Source of the DNA: Oscillatoria acuminata PCC 6304
GTDB lineage: Bacteria > Cyanobacteriota > Cyanobacteriia > Cyanobacteriales > Laspinemataceae
Reading direction: 5' to 3'
DNA length: 64,000 nt
NCBI RefSeq assembly: GCF_000317105.1
Contig: NC_019693.1
Span: 3,967,227 to 4,031,226, forward strand
The notes beneath the pieces are model-generated. The model saw only the letters and a list, made by a program, of their open reading frames with translations, ran no database searches and was not told where the DNA came from. A program made the position numbers and the translations under genes. Shown piece by piece: positions 18,701 to 28,566 of the stretch; the first letter of the stretch is position 1, and every line of letters starts with the position of its first letter.

Positions 18701-21566
18701 GTTGCAAATTCGGGCTATCTTCACGGACCATCGTCACAGTTTCCCAAACGGCGGGATGTTGGGCTAAAGTGGCTTCAATTTCTGAGAGTTCAATTCGATA
18801 TCCCCGCAGTTTAACTTGGCGATCGCTACGTCCAATTACCTCCAATTTGCCATCCGGTAACCATCGCCCTAAATCCCCAGTTTTATAAAGGCGATCGCCT
18901 GGAGAATTGCTAAACGGATGGGGTATAAATTTCTCGTGTGTGAGTTCGGGACGGTTGAGATAGCCTCGTGCCAAACCTTTCCCCCCGATATGCAGTTCCC
19001 CGGGAACACCGATGGGAACAGGTTGCAAGTGAGAATCCAGAACATAGATTTCCGTATGGGGGAGGGGATAGCCGATGGGGACTTCTCGACCATTGCCAGC
19101 TTCTACCTGGGACAAATCGCACTTCGTCGCCGCGATGGTGGTTTCGGTGGGTCCGTAGGCGTTGAGCAGTTGTACCCCCTTACCCACTTGGTGATGCCAA
19201 GTTTTTAGGCGATCGGGCAGTGCTTTTTCGCTACCAATGATCGCCAGTCGCACCGATGGGGGTAAGCTCAGTTTCTCCACCGCCATCCGTGCGGTTAGTT
19301 CATGCCAGTAAGCTGTCGGCAAGTTTAGGACGGTAATTCTCCACTCTTGGCACTGTTGCAAGAATCCGGTGATGGATTGGATCATAGTATCGGTTCGCAG
19401 CACTAGGGTCGCGCCACAAGTGAGACTAGTGTAAATTTCCTCAGCGCTGGTATCGAAACTGATGGAAGCAAATTGCAACGGGCGATCATGACGGGTAATT
19501 CCGTATTCTATTTGAGCTACTTGAGTATAAGTGACTAAACCCCGATGAGGAATAGCGACCCCTTTCGGTTTGCCCGTTGATCCCGAAGTATAAATTACAT
19601 ACGCCAAATGGTCTGGGGTGACTCCGCTGGTAGGATTTTCGGTGCTACATTGGGAAATTGCCTGCCAATCAGCATCTAAAGCAAGGGACTGGGTAACGAA
19701 GGGGGTAAATTTATCCCGGATCTGCTGCTGGGTGAGCAAAATCGGCACTGCGGCATCTTCTAACATCCCCTGCAAGCGATCGCGAGGATAGGCAGGGTCG
19801 AGGGGTAAATAAGCACCGCCTGCTTTGAGAATGCCTAAGAGTCCCACGAGCATTTCTAAGGAGCGATCGCAGCATAACCCGACCAAAATATCCGGTCCAA
19901 CCCCTAACCCTTGTAAGTAATGCGCCAGTTGATTGGCTTTGGCGTTCAGTTCGCGATAAGTGAGATGAGCATCTTGATACTGGACGGCTACCGCATCCGG
20001 GGACTGGTTCACCTGGGTTTCAAATAAGTGATGAACGCACCGATTTTCCAAGGGTTCAGGCTGCGATCGCCACCGTCCGGCATTACTCCAGTCCATCAGA
20101 AGTTGATGCCGTTCCCCCTCGGTTAATAAAGAAATCTCACCAATTCGGCGGATCGGGTCCGCCACCATTGCTTCTAAAACGGTTTTTAAATACCCGAGCA
20201 TTCTCACAATACTCTCCCGTTCAAACAAATCCGTACTATACTCAATGGAAGCCGCCAGTCCGTCGGTATATTCCGTGACGCTCAAACTCAGGTCAAATTG
20301 AGTCGTGCCTCGTTCAACGGCGAGGGATTGTAAGGTGAGTCCGGGTAGTTCCAGGGTGGCGGTCGGTGCATTTTGTAAGACAAACATCACCTGGAAGATC
20401 GGCGATCGGCTCAAATCTCGTTCCGGGTGTAATTCTTCCACTAATTTTTCAAAAGGCAGATCCTGATGGCTGTAAGCCCCCAGAGAGACATCGCGCACCC
20501 GATGCAGCAATTCTTGAACCGTGGGGTTGCCTCCGAGGTCCGTATGCAGGGCCAGGGAATTGACAAAAAAGCCGATTGCCTCTTCAATTTCCGCCCGGTT
20601 ACGGTTGGCGATCGGTGAACCTACCACAATGTTTTCCTGGCCGGAATAACGGTAGAGTAAAGTTTTGAACCCTGCCAACAGGGTCATAAACAAGGTCACC
20701 CCTTCGGCTTTGGAAAGGGCTTTCAGGGCTTCCGTAAGGGATTTGGACAGGCGGGTTGATTCCGTCGCCCCTTGATAGGTTTGCACCGCCACCCGGGGGC
20801 GATCGCTGGGTAAATCCAGGGCTGCCGGTGCATTCTTTAAGTGTTGTTTCCAGTATGACAACTGGGCATCTAACACCTCACCTTGTAAATAACCACGCTG
20901 CCAGACGGCAAAATCAGCGTATTGGATGGGTAATTCCGGCAGTGGAGAAGGTTTACCTTGGGAGAAGGCTTGATACAAGGCGGCTAACTCCCGGATAATT
21001 ATGCCGGTAGACCAGCCATCGGAGACGATATGATGGAGGGTAAATAAAACAATATATTCTGTATCTTCTAGCTGCAATAACGTCGATCGCAGCAATGGCC
21101 CGGTCGTGAGGTTAAAAGGAGTCTGGGCTTCCCGAGTGGCAAGGCGCAACGCTTCCCCTTCCCGTTCCGAAGGGGGAACCTGGCGCAGGTCAATCCGTGG
21201 CAAGGGGACAGGTTGCGCGGGGTTGAGCATTTGCATGGGCTCCCCTGCCACTTCTTTAAACGTAGTGCGAATCACTTCATGCCGTCTGACAATTTCGGTG
21301 AGACTCTGTTCTAAGGCGGGGATATGGAGAACTCCTGTCAGACGGATGGCGTAAGGCAGGTTATAAAACGAACTGTTGGGTTCCAGGCGATCGAGAAACC
21401 ACAACCGCGCTTGAGAGAAGGAAGAGATAAAGGTATCGGTCGATCGCGGTTGACAGGCGATCGTATTAGTTGATGCCGTTCTCGGCTTTTTCTGTTGCAA
21501 TCGTTGCAGCAATAACGCTCGTTTTTCAGGAGAAAGAGAGGCAATGCGTTGAGAAATATCGCTCAT
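15786..21566 (-). CDS. NRPS termination module C-A(N-methyltransferase)-T-R. ORF open to 21662, probable ATG start at 21566.
   Basis: C domain ('HHIVSDGWS'). A domain ('LAYVIYTSGSTGKPKGV', 'NAYGPTETT'). SAM MT insert between A8 and A10 ('VLEIGCGTGLMLF', ~17350-18650). T domain ('FFDLGGHSLL'). C-terminal SDR thioester reductase ('LLTGATGFLG...YIQSKWVAEKLL', ~15789-16890). The first 32 codons of the 21662 ORF are encoded by a repeat element. Confidence 0.85.
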   Translation of the reverse strand: MSDISQRIASLSPEKRALLLQRLQQKKPRTASTNTIACQPRSTDTFISSFSQARLWFLDRLEPNSSFYNLPYAIRLTGVLHIPALEQSLTEIVRRHEVIRTTFKEVAGEPMQMLNPAQPVPLPRIDLRQVPPSEREGEALRLATREAQTPFNLTTGPLLRSTLLQLEDTEYIVLFTLHHIVSDGWSTGIIIRELAALYQAFSQGKPSPLPELPIQYADFAVWQRGYLQGEVLDAQLSYWKQHLKNAPAALDLPSDRPRVAVQTYQGATESTRLSKSLTEALKALSKAEGVTLFMTLLAGFKTLLYRYSGQENIVVGSPIANRNRAEIEEAIGFFVNSLALHTDLGGNPTVQELLHRVRDVSLGAYSHQDLPFEKLVEELHPERDLSRSPIFQVMFVLQNAPTATLELPGLTLQSLAVERGTTQFDLSLSVTEYTDGLAASIEYSTDLFERESIVRMLGYLKTVLEAMVADPIRRIGEISLLTEGERHQLLMDWSNAGRWRSQPEPLENRCVHHLFETQVNQSPDAVAVQYQDAHLTYRELNAKANQLAHYLQGLGVGPDILVGLCCDRSLEMLVGLLGILKAGGAYLPLDPAYPRDRLQGMLEDAAVPILLTQQQIRDKFTPFVTQSLALDADWQAISQCSTENPTSGVTPDHLAYVIYTSGSTGKPKGVAIPHRGLVTYTQVAQIEYGITRHDRPLQFASISFDTSAEEIYTSLTCGATLVLRTDTMIQSITGFLQQCQEWRITVLNLPTAYWHELTARMAVEKLSLPPSVRLAIIGSEKALPDRLKTWHHQVGKGVQLLNAYGPTETTIAATKCDLSQVEAGNGREVPIGYPLPHTEIYVLDSHLQPVPIGVPGELHIGGKGLARGYLNRPELTHEKFIPHPFSNSPGDRLYKTGDLGRWLPDGKLEVIGRSDRQVKLRGYRIELSEIEATLAQHPAVWETVTMVREDSPNLQQLVSYFVLNPQFNFESQVSTLIEERLSQWQVVHDDENFNETDSQWDSTFNISGWNSSYTGLPIPELEMREWVNNTVSRILDLKPNRVLEIGCGTGLMLFKIAPHCSQYWGSDFSPASLNHIRQQLAQPGQNLPQVKLLERMADNFDGIESHSFDAVIINSVIQYFPTVDYLLQVIEGSLDAVAPGGMIFLGDLRSYPLLEAFHTSIELYQAPASLSIDKLQQRIKKRLIEEEELAISPEFFRALKQQFPQISRVEIQPKQGIYHNELNKFRYDVTLHLGPEISAVPEYSEWDWQQEHLTLDSLRDRLHCDRPNILALRSIPNARVLADVKAVQLLATSSDIQTVDGLQKAVKQAISGIGIDPENLAKLGTELGYVTIFSWLNSSLDGSYDTLFIHPNNVPMIKGCWGDFLYENYPLSIQPWNRYTNNPLQGQQRRHLVGELRQYLQQKLPEYAVPSAFVILEHLPLTPNGKVDRKALPAPDTSRPDMQGTFVAPRTILEEKIAQIWSEILGLEKVGIEDNFFDLGGHSLLITQLSSRVRDTFTVDLPLRDLFAVPTVAGLAQQIERATQQESPVVNISSVDFQAEIVLNGSFSPLGTFQFNPNPAHILLTGATGFLGAFLLEELLQKTSTEIYCLVRASNAAEAKKRIQSNLETYGLWRNSLGERIIPLVGNLAKPRLGLSAEQFQALAHQIDVIYHNGALVNFTYPYSAVKAANVASTLDLLKLSNQVHLKPLHFISTVGVFDSTATEEDELANIDHLEGGYIQSKWVAEKLLMAARDRGFPINIYRPGRITGHSQTGACNVNDFVHRIIGGCIQLGSAPNWNTEVEMVPVDYVSRAIVHLSQQPQSMGKNFHLVNSQTLPWGEFVSWVRSQGYPLEPVTYPQWREQLHQQAANSTDNALYPLLSVFSDSGSGDRTATSSPLEIGDRYTQTALQGTDITCPPVSEKLLTTYFSYLVHSGYLPTTQKLARV

Positions 21567-21597
21567 GAGTTTTAGGGGATAAATACTGGTATGTGGA

Positions 21598-21656
21598 ACA
21601 CCCGCAGGCTGAAGCCTGGGGCTATACGGACGAAGCCTGCCTGCGCAGGCTGAAGA
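21598..21656. repeat. REP-like double-hairpin element, reverse orientation ('cccgcaggctgaagcctggggctatacggacgaagcctgcctgcgcaggctg')
   Basis: Reverse-complement homolog of 21766-21818 and 43683-43740, with compensatory stem changes. Confidence 0.6.
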
Positions 21657-21765
21657 GTACAATAGGTTTTTAACAACCGAATTGGGATGATTTATTTTTT
21701 GAAATATCCTAACTAGACTGGGCCATAATACCCAATTCGGCTGTTAACAGTTAGCTTTCTCTATT

Positions 21766-21818
21766 AGCCCGCGCAGGCGGGCTTTGTCTGTGTAGCCCCA
21801 CCCTTTAGGGTGCGGTTT
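21766..21818. repeat. REP-like double-hairpin element ('agcccgc gcag gcgggct' + 'gccccaccc ttta gggtgcgg'), forward orientation
   Basis: About 90% identical to 43685-43737. It forms an inverted pair with 21598-21656 across the NRPS intergenic region. Confidence 0.65.
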
Positions 21819-21819
21819 T

Positions 21820-24800
21820 TTATGCTAACAGAGATTGCACCTCGTCATCGGAGAGTTGCTCTAATTCTGCTAGGGTTTGGGCCAATAAATCGCTATCGGC
21901 TTGTTCTGCTAATTTCTGAGTAATAATTAAGGAAAAATCCTCAATCGTGGGAGTTTCAAAAAAGTGCATTAACGGCACATCAACTTCAAAAGATTGACGG
22001 ACCCGTGACATGACTTGAGTGGCTAATAAAGAATGTCCCCCCAAATCGAAAAAGAAATTATCTCGAATTCCCACGCGATCGCAATTCAAAACCTCGCGCC
22101 AAATTTGAGCCAATTGTTCCTCAGTCGCCGTCCGAGGGGGCATAAAAGTATTCCCAGGTTCCAGATGTTCGGGGGTGGGTAATCCCCGGCGATCGACCTT
22201 GCCATTGGGGGTTAAGGGTAGCGCCTCTAGGACCATCACTGACACAGGCACCATATAAGGCGGCAGTTTCTCACTCAGATACTGGCGCAGTTCCTCCGCT
22301 AGTTCCGGAGTAGGCGCATCTTCGGGAACCACATAGGCGACTAATTGCTTGTGATCAGCTTGATCGCCAACCGCCACAACCACCGATGCGCGCACCGCAG
22401 GATGTTGCATCACCGTCGCTTCGATTTCCCCGGGTTCGATGCGATGTCCGCGAATCTTCACCTGGAAGTCTACACGGCTCAAAAATTCGATATTGCCATC
22501 GGGTAAATAGCGCCCCATATCTCCTGTGCGATACAGTTGTTCGCCGGTTCGAGGATGAGTAATGAAATTTTCCCGGGTCTTTGCTTCATTGCGCCAGTAC
22601 CCTTGGGCAAGTCCAACCCCGGCACAATACATTTGACCCGGAACCCAAACCGGGCGGTCTTCTAAAGCGTCATTTAAGATGTAATACCGATTATTGGCGA
22701 TGGGTTTGCCGTAGGGAATACTTTTTTGGTGGGGAGAAATCACCTTTACTGGATAATAGATGTTCCATAGGGTTGTCTCAGTAGGTCCACCAACACTGAC
22801 TAATTGCACATTCGGGGCAGTTGCTTTCAGACGACTGGGAAGGGAGACGGGTATCCAATCTCCCCCCAAAAAAGCTAAACGCAAATGAGGGAATGTAAGG
22901 TGAAGATCAGGCGTGAGATATTCGAGTAACATTTCCATCATTGCCGGGACGGAATTCCAGAGTGTCACCTGTTCCTGTTGCAGCAACTGTGTCCAATGGG
23001 CCGGATCTCGCCGCGCTGCTGCATCGGGAATCACCAGAGTACCTCCGGCAGCTAGAATGCCGAAGATATCGAAGACAGACATATCGTGATGTAGGGCGGT
23101 TAAGGCGATCGCCCGGTCGGAGGCGGTAATCTCAAAGCGCTGGTTTGTCGCAATGACCGTATTTACAACGGACCGATGGGCGATTGCCACCCCTTTCGGT
23201 AAGCCTGTAGACCCAGAGGTATAAATCACATAAGCTAAGTCATCCCCTGTATTCACCGAGGGTAAGGGTGCAGAATTGGCACTGGATAACTCTTGTCCAT
23301 CCACACAAATCGGCTGAATTCCCGCAGGTAACACCCGAGTCCCCAGGAGTTTAGACTGAGTGAGTACCTGCTGCACTCCCCCATCCTGTAACAGATAGTC
23401 GAGGCGTTCTTGGGGTAATTCCGGGTCGAGGGGTAAATAAGCCGCCCCTGCCGCTAGAATGCCCAATACAGCGACGATTTGCTCCCATCCCTTTTCCATG
23501 AATACCGCGACTAGGGTATTGGGACGCGCCCCTAACTCCCGCAAGCGATATCCCAAATGTTGCGATCGCTCATAGACTTCCCTGTAAGTGAGAGTACAAT
23601 CGGAGGTGGTGATAGCCACTTGTTCCGGCGCTTCCTGGAGGCGATCGCAAAACAACTGATACAGGGTTGTATCAGGCATGGGGGCATCGGTGGCGTTGAT
23701 GGCAGCGCGTTGCTGGAGTTGTTCTTCGGGAACCAGCGACTGGCCAATTTCCTGCCAGCCTCCCTCTCCCTCAGCGAGGCGACTGAGTAGCTGGCTATAG
23801 GCTTGAAACATCGCTTCTACCACCCCAGGGGCGAACCGATTCTCTACTGCGTCAAAGTTAAAAATTAATGCGCCGTTGCTCTCACGATACATAAAATCGA
23901 GCCAGACTTGCGGGGTTTGAGCCAGACTGTAGGCGATCGCCCCCAAGTCCACCGGGGCATCAACGGGGGTAGTTTCCTTCCCGTTCACATCTTGGGGAGA
24001 ACTGGTAAACACAATCGGCATGGTGACCCCGAGGGTATTCCCTTGATACCTTGCCAGTTCTCGTAGGACCCGCACCCCACTCACATATTGATGTTCCAAA
24101 TCTTGCCAGAGTTGCTGTTGTAGGCGCTTTGCTCTCACTTCAAAGGAGTTGGGTTCGGAAAAATCCACCTCCAACAGGGTAAAGGAGGCAAATTCACCGA
24201 TCAGGTGATTGACTTGGGGATGGAGAGGAAAGCGATCGAACCGGGGCACATTAATCGTAAATCGGGGATTTTTGCTCCAGGTGGCCAAAACTTCCGCATA
24301 GGCAGCTAGTAACAATCCGGCAGGGGTAACATTTGCTCGTGCCGCCCGGGTTTTGAGTTTTTGCCAAATCTCTGCATCTAATGTGGACCGACGGCGCACA
24401 AACTGGGAGCCCTGGGGCGCTGCGCCAGTGTTGGCAAGGGGGAGTTCTGGGGCCGGGGGTAAAGTGGGGATACGTTGTTGCCAATAAGTCAGAGATTTCT
24501 GATAAATCTCCGAAGTTTGCAGGTCTAGCAATCCTTGCACATAATCTCGGAATGACAGGTCTAGGGGAGGGAGTGTACAGTCCGGGTCTTGGTAGAGTTG
24601 GATCAGTTCTTTGGATAAGATTTGGTAACTGCGGGCATCGAAGAATATACCGTCGATACTGATATGAAGACGATAGTGGCGATCGCCTAGGTGGGAGGCG
24701 CAAATTTCGTATAAGGGCCAGCGGTCCGAGGGAATGACTTGATGAGAGAGGCGATCGCGCACCGCTTGCAATTCAGCCGCAATCACCTCCTCAGATTTGC

Positions 24801-25269
24801 CCCGTAAATCCCCGACTTTAATCTCGTAAGGGGGCAGATTTTCTAAGATTTGTTGTTGACCATCCGGCAGTACAATGGCCTTGAGCATATCATGACGCTC
24901 AATCAACCGTTGCCATGCCCGATTAAAGCGGTCTAAATCTAAATTTTGGCTCTCGGTTTCAAAATAAGTATGAATCGACACATTGCCCGATTCAAAAAAG
25001 CTATTTCTGCCAATCCAATAGGCTTGCTGCATATCCGTCAACGGAAAAGGCAGATGCCGCATTTCCGGATTTTGGGCAATTTGAGGCAGGGAATACACAG
25101 CCTCTCGTTCCTGATTTTTTGATTTATTAACCGCAGCCAATTGACCGCGCAACCGCTGGGATAATAAGGCTTGTTTCGCGGCAGAGAGTTGAGAGCGTTT
25201 TTCGGCGTTGATGGGTTCAGACATGAATTTGAGTTTACGAATAAAACAGGACAACTTTCGCAGGGACAA
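21820..25269 (-). CDS. NRPS heterocyclisation module Cy-A-T (thiazoline/oxazoline-forming)
   Basis: Cy signatures 'FPLTDMQQAYWIGR' and 'DGIFFDARS' (DxxxxDxxS in place of HHxxxDG). A domain 'LAYVIYTSGSTGLPKGV'. T domain 'FFFDLGGHSLLATQV'. The ORF begins at a TTG at 25269; the ATG at 25224 (MSEPINAEK) is more likely. Confidence 0.85.
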   Translation of the reverse strand: MSLRKLSCFIRKLKFMSEPINAEKRSQLSAAKQALLSQRLRGQLAAVNKSKNQEREAVYSLPQIAQNPEMRHLPFPLTDMQQAYWIGRNSFFESGNVSIHTYFETESQNLDLDRFNRAWQRLIERHDMLKAIVLPDGQQQILENLPPYEIKVGDLRGKSEEVIAAELQAVRDRLSHQVIPSDRWPLYEICASHLGDRHYRLHISIDGIFFDARSYQILSKELIQLYQDPDCTLPPLDLSFRDYVQGLLDLQTSEIYQKSLTYWQQRIPTLPPAPELPLANTGAAPQGSQFVRRRSTLDAEIWQKLKTRAARANVTPAGLLLAAYAEVLATWSKNPRFTINVPRFDRFPLHPQVNHLIGEFASFTLLEVDFSEPNSFEVRAKRLQQQLWQDLEHQYVSGVRVLRELARYQGNTLGVTMPIVFTSSPQDVNGKETTPVDAPVDLGAIAYSLAQTPQVWLDFMYRESNGALIFNFDAVENRFAPGVVEAMFQAYSQLLSRLAEGEGGWQEIGQSLVPEEQLQQRAAINATDAPMPDTTLYQLFCDRLQEAPEQVAITTSDCTLTYREVYERSQHLGYRLRELGARPNTLVAVFMEKGWEQIVAVLGILAAGAAYLPLDPELPQERLDYLLQDGGVQQVLTQSKLLGTRVLPAGIQPICVDGQELSSANSAPLPSVNTGDDLAYVIYTSGSTGLPKGVAIAHRSVVNTVIATNQRFEITASDRAIALTALHHDMSVFDIFGILAAGGTLVIPDAAARRDPAHWTQLLQQEQVTLWNSVPAMMEMLLEYLTPDLHLTFPHLRLAFLGGDWIPVSLPSRLKATAPNVQLVSVGGPTETTLWNIYYPVKVISPHQKSIPYGKPIANNRYYILNDALEDRPVWVPGQMYCAGVGLAQGYWRNEAKTRENFITHPRTGEQLYRTGDMGRYLPDGNIEFLSRVDFQVKIRGHRIEPGEIEATVMQHPAVRASVVVAVGDQADHKQLVAYVVPEDAPTPELAEELRQYLSEKLPPYMVPVSVMVLEALPLTPNGKVDRRGLPTPEHLEPGNTFMPPRTATEEQLAQIWREVLNCDRVGIRDNFFFDLGGHSLLATQVMSRVRQSFEVDVPLMHFFETPTIEDFSLIITQKLAEQADSDLLAQTLAELEQLSDDEVQSLLA

Positions 25270-25293
25270 GGCAATGCCTTGCCCTTCTGCGCT

Positions 25294-28200
25294 TTAGGCT
25301 TGAAGCAGCAATCGTTCCGCTTCCTCTTCGCTTAACCCTTCCATTTCGGCAATCAATTCTTCTTCAATGGCTACCGCTAACTCAGCAATGGTGGCGGTTT
25401 CCATTAACCGCCGCATGGGGACTTTTACATCTAAGGTGGTAGCAATTCGAGACAGAACTTGGGTTGCTAACAGAGAATGACCTCCGAGTTCAAAGAAGTT
25501 ATCATTAATCCCGACTTTCTCGATTCCCAGCAATTCTTGCCAAATTTCAGCTAAGGCTTGTTCGAGGTCATTTCGGGGAGCAATATAACTAGAACTCAGG
25601 ACCGTTTCGGAATCAGTTTCTCCATCCTGAATGGTCTCAGAATGGGCTGGAAATTTGGGGAGTTCTCTGGTAGTATTTTGCCGGGTAAATTGGGGCGGAT
25701 CAATCCAGTAGCGCTGCCGTTGAAAAGGATAGGTGGGTAATGGAATGCGGCGGGGGCTTTCCTGTGGAGAGAATGCCATCCAATCAATTTCAACCCCGGA
25801 CAACCAGAGGCGGCCTGCGGTTGCTAAAAGAAAGGCTAAGTCCGATTGTTCATCCCGGGGATGACGCAGAGAACTGAGAATTGTTCGGGACGATTTGGGA
25901 TGAACTTGTTGTTGGGTTAAGGTACTCAGAGTCCATCCCGGTCCGACTTCCAAAAAAATAGAATATCCTTGGTTCAATACTTCAGTAATTCCATCAGAAA
26001 ACTGCACAGGCTGACGCAAATGATTGGCCCAATAGTCGGGGTCAATGGCCTCCTCTGGGGTGATCCAAGTGCCGGTGAGGTTAGAGATAAACGGGAGTTG
26101 CGGCGCATTTCGTCTCACTTGGGCGACGCGATCGCGAAATTCATCTAAAATCGGTTCCATCATCGGGGAATGGAAGGCATGAGAAGTATGCAGACGGCGA
26201 CAGGTGATGCCGGTTGCGGTGAGTTGTCGTTCCAATTGGGCGATCGCCTCGGTCTTGCCAGAAACCGCGCACAGAGAGGGACTGTTGATGGTTGCTAGGG
26301 AAAGGCTGTCCTCCAGGTGCGATCGCACTTCCTCCGCCGATAAGCAGACGGCCAACATCGACCCCCCCGGCAATTGCTGCATCAGTCGTCCTCGGACTGC
26401 CACTAACCCTAAGGCATCCTCAAAGGAGAACACTCCCGCAAGACAGGCAGCAACATATTCCCCGATACTATGCCCGATCGCCGCAGTGGGTTGAATTCCC
26501 CACGATTGCCAGAGTTGCGCCGTAGCATATTCAATGACAAATAAAGCCGGTTGGGTGAATTGGGTTTGTGCCAGTTGTTCCGTTGTTGCTGCTTCGCGAT
26601 CGGGTTCGGGATAGAGTAACGTCCGTAAATCTAGTCCCAAGTGCGGTAACAGCAGTTCACAAGCGCGGTCCACCCATTCCCGAAAAATCGGCTGATTGTC
26701 ATACAGTCCCTGTCCCATGTTCACATATTGCGACCCTTGTCCCGGGAACATAAACGTAACAGGAGGGTTAACGGTAGTACATTCGCCGCTAAACACAGAT
26801 TGGGGTTCCCGACTAGAAAGGGCAATTGCTGCCGCTTCCGCTGTTTCAGCGACGACCACCCGGCGATAATTAAATCCCTGCCGTCCCACTTGCAAGGTGT
26901 AGGCAACATCGGCTAAATTGCAGTCGGAATGGATTTTTAAATACTGCCCTAAATTCTGGGTTGCTTGTTCTAAGGCAGATGCAGTTTTGGCGGAAATAGC
27001 TAACAGTTTAGGGTCGCGGCTATTGGTTCTGGGTTGACTTAAAATAGGCGCTTCTTCCAAGACAACATGAGCGTTTGTTCCGCCAATGCCAAAAGAACTG
27101 ACTCCCGCCCGACGGGGGGTTTCTCCCTCTGGCCATTCTGACAGTTTGGCATTGAGATAAAAGGGACTATTCTCAAAGTCAATTTGAGGATTGGGGGATT
27201 CAAAATGCAAAGTGGGGGGAATCGCTTGATGTTCGAGGGCTAAAACCGTTTGAATCAATCCAGCGATTCCCGCAGCAGCATCCAAATGGCCAATATTGCT
27301 CTTAACTGAACCAAGTGCACAGCAGGCTTTTTTATCCGTATAGCGGGAGAAAACTTGGGTGAGGGCGGCGATTTCAATCGGGTCTCCCAAGGCGGTCCCA
27401 GTCCCGTGGGTTTGGATATAACTGACGGTTTCTGGATTAACATTAGCCACCGCCATTGCTTCAGCGATCGCCTCTGCTTGACCTGCGACACTGGGGGCGG
27501 TATAACCCACTTTTAAATGACCATCATTATTAATGGCAGACCCTTTAATAATGGCCCGAATTGTATCTCCATCTGCGATAGCATTGTCCAATCGTTTTAA
27601 GACAACAATTCCCGCGCCATTTCCGAATACTGTTCCTTGGGCATTAGCATCAAAAGGCCGACAATGGCCATCGGGGGAGAGAATACTTTCCTCTTGATAT
27701 AAATAACCCGATTGTTGCGGAACTCGAATGCTGGCAGCCCCTGCTAATGCCATATCGCATTCCCCATTCAGCAAACTTTGGCAGGCGATATGCACCGCTA
27801 CCAAGGAGGTAGAGCAAGCAGTTTGGACGTTAACGCTAGGACCGCGTAAATTCAATTGATAAGAAATCCGCGTGGGCAGAAAATCTTTATCATTGCTAAT
27901 TAAGGTTTGAAATACTCCCACAGATTCAATTAAATCCCGGTTGGGATATAAATTAAATAAGGAATAACTGCTTAATCCCATCCCCGCATATACCCCTATG
28001 CGTCCGGGGTAGGTTTCGCTATTATATCCGGCATTTTCTAGGGATTCCCAAGCGCATTCCAGCAGGATGCGATGTTGGGGGTCTGTGATAGCCGCTTCTC
28101 GGGGCGTAAATCCAAAAAATTTCGCGTCAAATTGTTCGACATTTTCTAAGATAGAACGGGCTTTGACATAGCGGGGATTTTGGATTAATTCTGGGTTTAA

Positions 28201-28383
28201 TCCCGCTGCAATCATATCCGCGTCGGAGAAAAAGGAGATAGATTCTACTCCTTGTTGTAAATTTTGCCAAAATTGTTCAACAGAATCGGCCCCGGGAAAG
28301 CGAATTGCCATACCAACAATCGCTATGGCATCTAGGTTTTCTATGGGTTCGGAAAAGTTATTCATGGGTTCTACTTGTGGCAA
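25294..28383 (-). CDS. Type I PKS module KS-AT-ACP (malonyl-specific AT, no reductive domains)
   Basis: KS 'QTACSTSLVAVH', 'HGTGTALGDP', 'NIGHLDAAAG'. AT 'GHSIGEYVAA' plus 'HAFH' (malonyl). Carrier 'FFELGGHSLLATQV'. Confidence 0.85.
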   Translation of the reverse strand: MPQVEPMNNFSEPIENLDAIAIVGMAIRFPGADSVEQFWQNLQQGVESISFFSDADMIAAGLNPELIQNPRYVKARSILENVEQFDAKFFGFTPREAAITDPQHRILLECAWESLENAGYNSETYPGRIGVYAGMGLSSYSLFNLYPNRDLIESVGVFQTLISNDKDFLPTRISYQLNLRGPSVNVQTACSTSLVAVHIACQSLLNGECDMALAGAASIRVPQQSGYLYQEESILSPDGHCRPFDANAQGTVFGNGAGIVVLKRLDNAIADGDTIRAIIKGSAINNDGHLKVGYTAPSVAGQAEAIAEAMAVANVNPETVSYIQTHGTGTALGDPIEIAALTQVFSRYTDKKACCALGSVKSNIGHLDAAAGIAGLIQTVLALEHQAIPPTLHFESPNPQIDFENSPFYLNAKLSEWPEGETPRRAGVSSFGIGGTNAHVVLEEAPILSQPRTNSRDPKLLAISAKTASALEQATQNLGQYLKIHSDCNLADVAYTLQVGRQGFNYRRVVVAETAEAAAIALSSREPQSVFSGECTTVNPPVTFMFPGQGSQYVNMGQGLYDNQPIFREWVDRACELLLPHLGLDLRTLLYPEPDREAATTEQLAQTQFTQPALFVIEYATAQLWQSWGIQPTAAIGHSIGEYVAACLAGVFSFEDALGLVAVRGRLMQQLPGGSMLAVCLSAEEVRSHLEDSLSLATINSPSLCAVSGKTEAIAQLERQLTATGITCRRLHTSHAFHSPMMEPILDEFRDRVAQVRRNAPQLPFISNLTGTWITPEEAIDPDYWANHLRQPVQFSDGITEVLNQGYSIFLEVGPGWTLSTLTQQQVHPKSSRTILSSLRHPRDEQSDLAFLLATAGRLWLSGVEIDWMAFSPQESPRRIPLPTYPFQRQRYWIDPPQFTRQNTTRELPKFPAHSETIQDGETDSETVLSSSYIAPRNDLEQALAEIWQELLGIEKVGINDNFFELGGHSLLATQVLSRIATTLDVKVPMRRLMETATIAELAVAIEEELIAEMEGLSEEEAERLLLQA

Positions 28384-28427
28384 CGGTAAGGGATAAAATG
28401 ACTAATTTAGGCTAAATTTAAGGGAGC

Positions 28428-28566
28428 ATCTCAATTTTGCCTACCAACCGAATTGACCTCTCCCCCCTACCCCCCTCCCCTGCAAGGGGAGGGGGAAATT
28501 TATGTCTTTCTCCCCCTTCCCTCGTAGGGAAGGGGGCTGGGGGGTTAGGTCTCTTTTCAAAATTGA
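28428..28566. repeat. MITE-like element copy ('gacctctcccccctacccccctcccctgcaaggggaggggg...cccccttccctcgtagggaagggggctggggggttaggtctcttttcaaaattgagatc')
   Basis: Same family as 150-330, 51000-51150 and 63225-63430. Its right end supplies the last codons and stop of the decarboxylase gene. Confidence 0.65.

Noticed and set aside
21567-21662. N-terminal 32 residues of the 1958-aa NRPS ORF as real protein
   Set aside because: The sequence is a copy of the REP-like hairpin element. The in-frame ATG at 21566 gives a conventional NRPS N-terminus ('MSDISQRIASLSPEKRALL').
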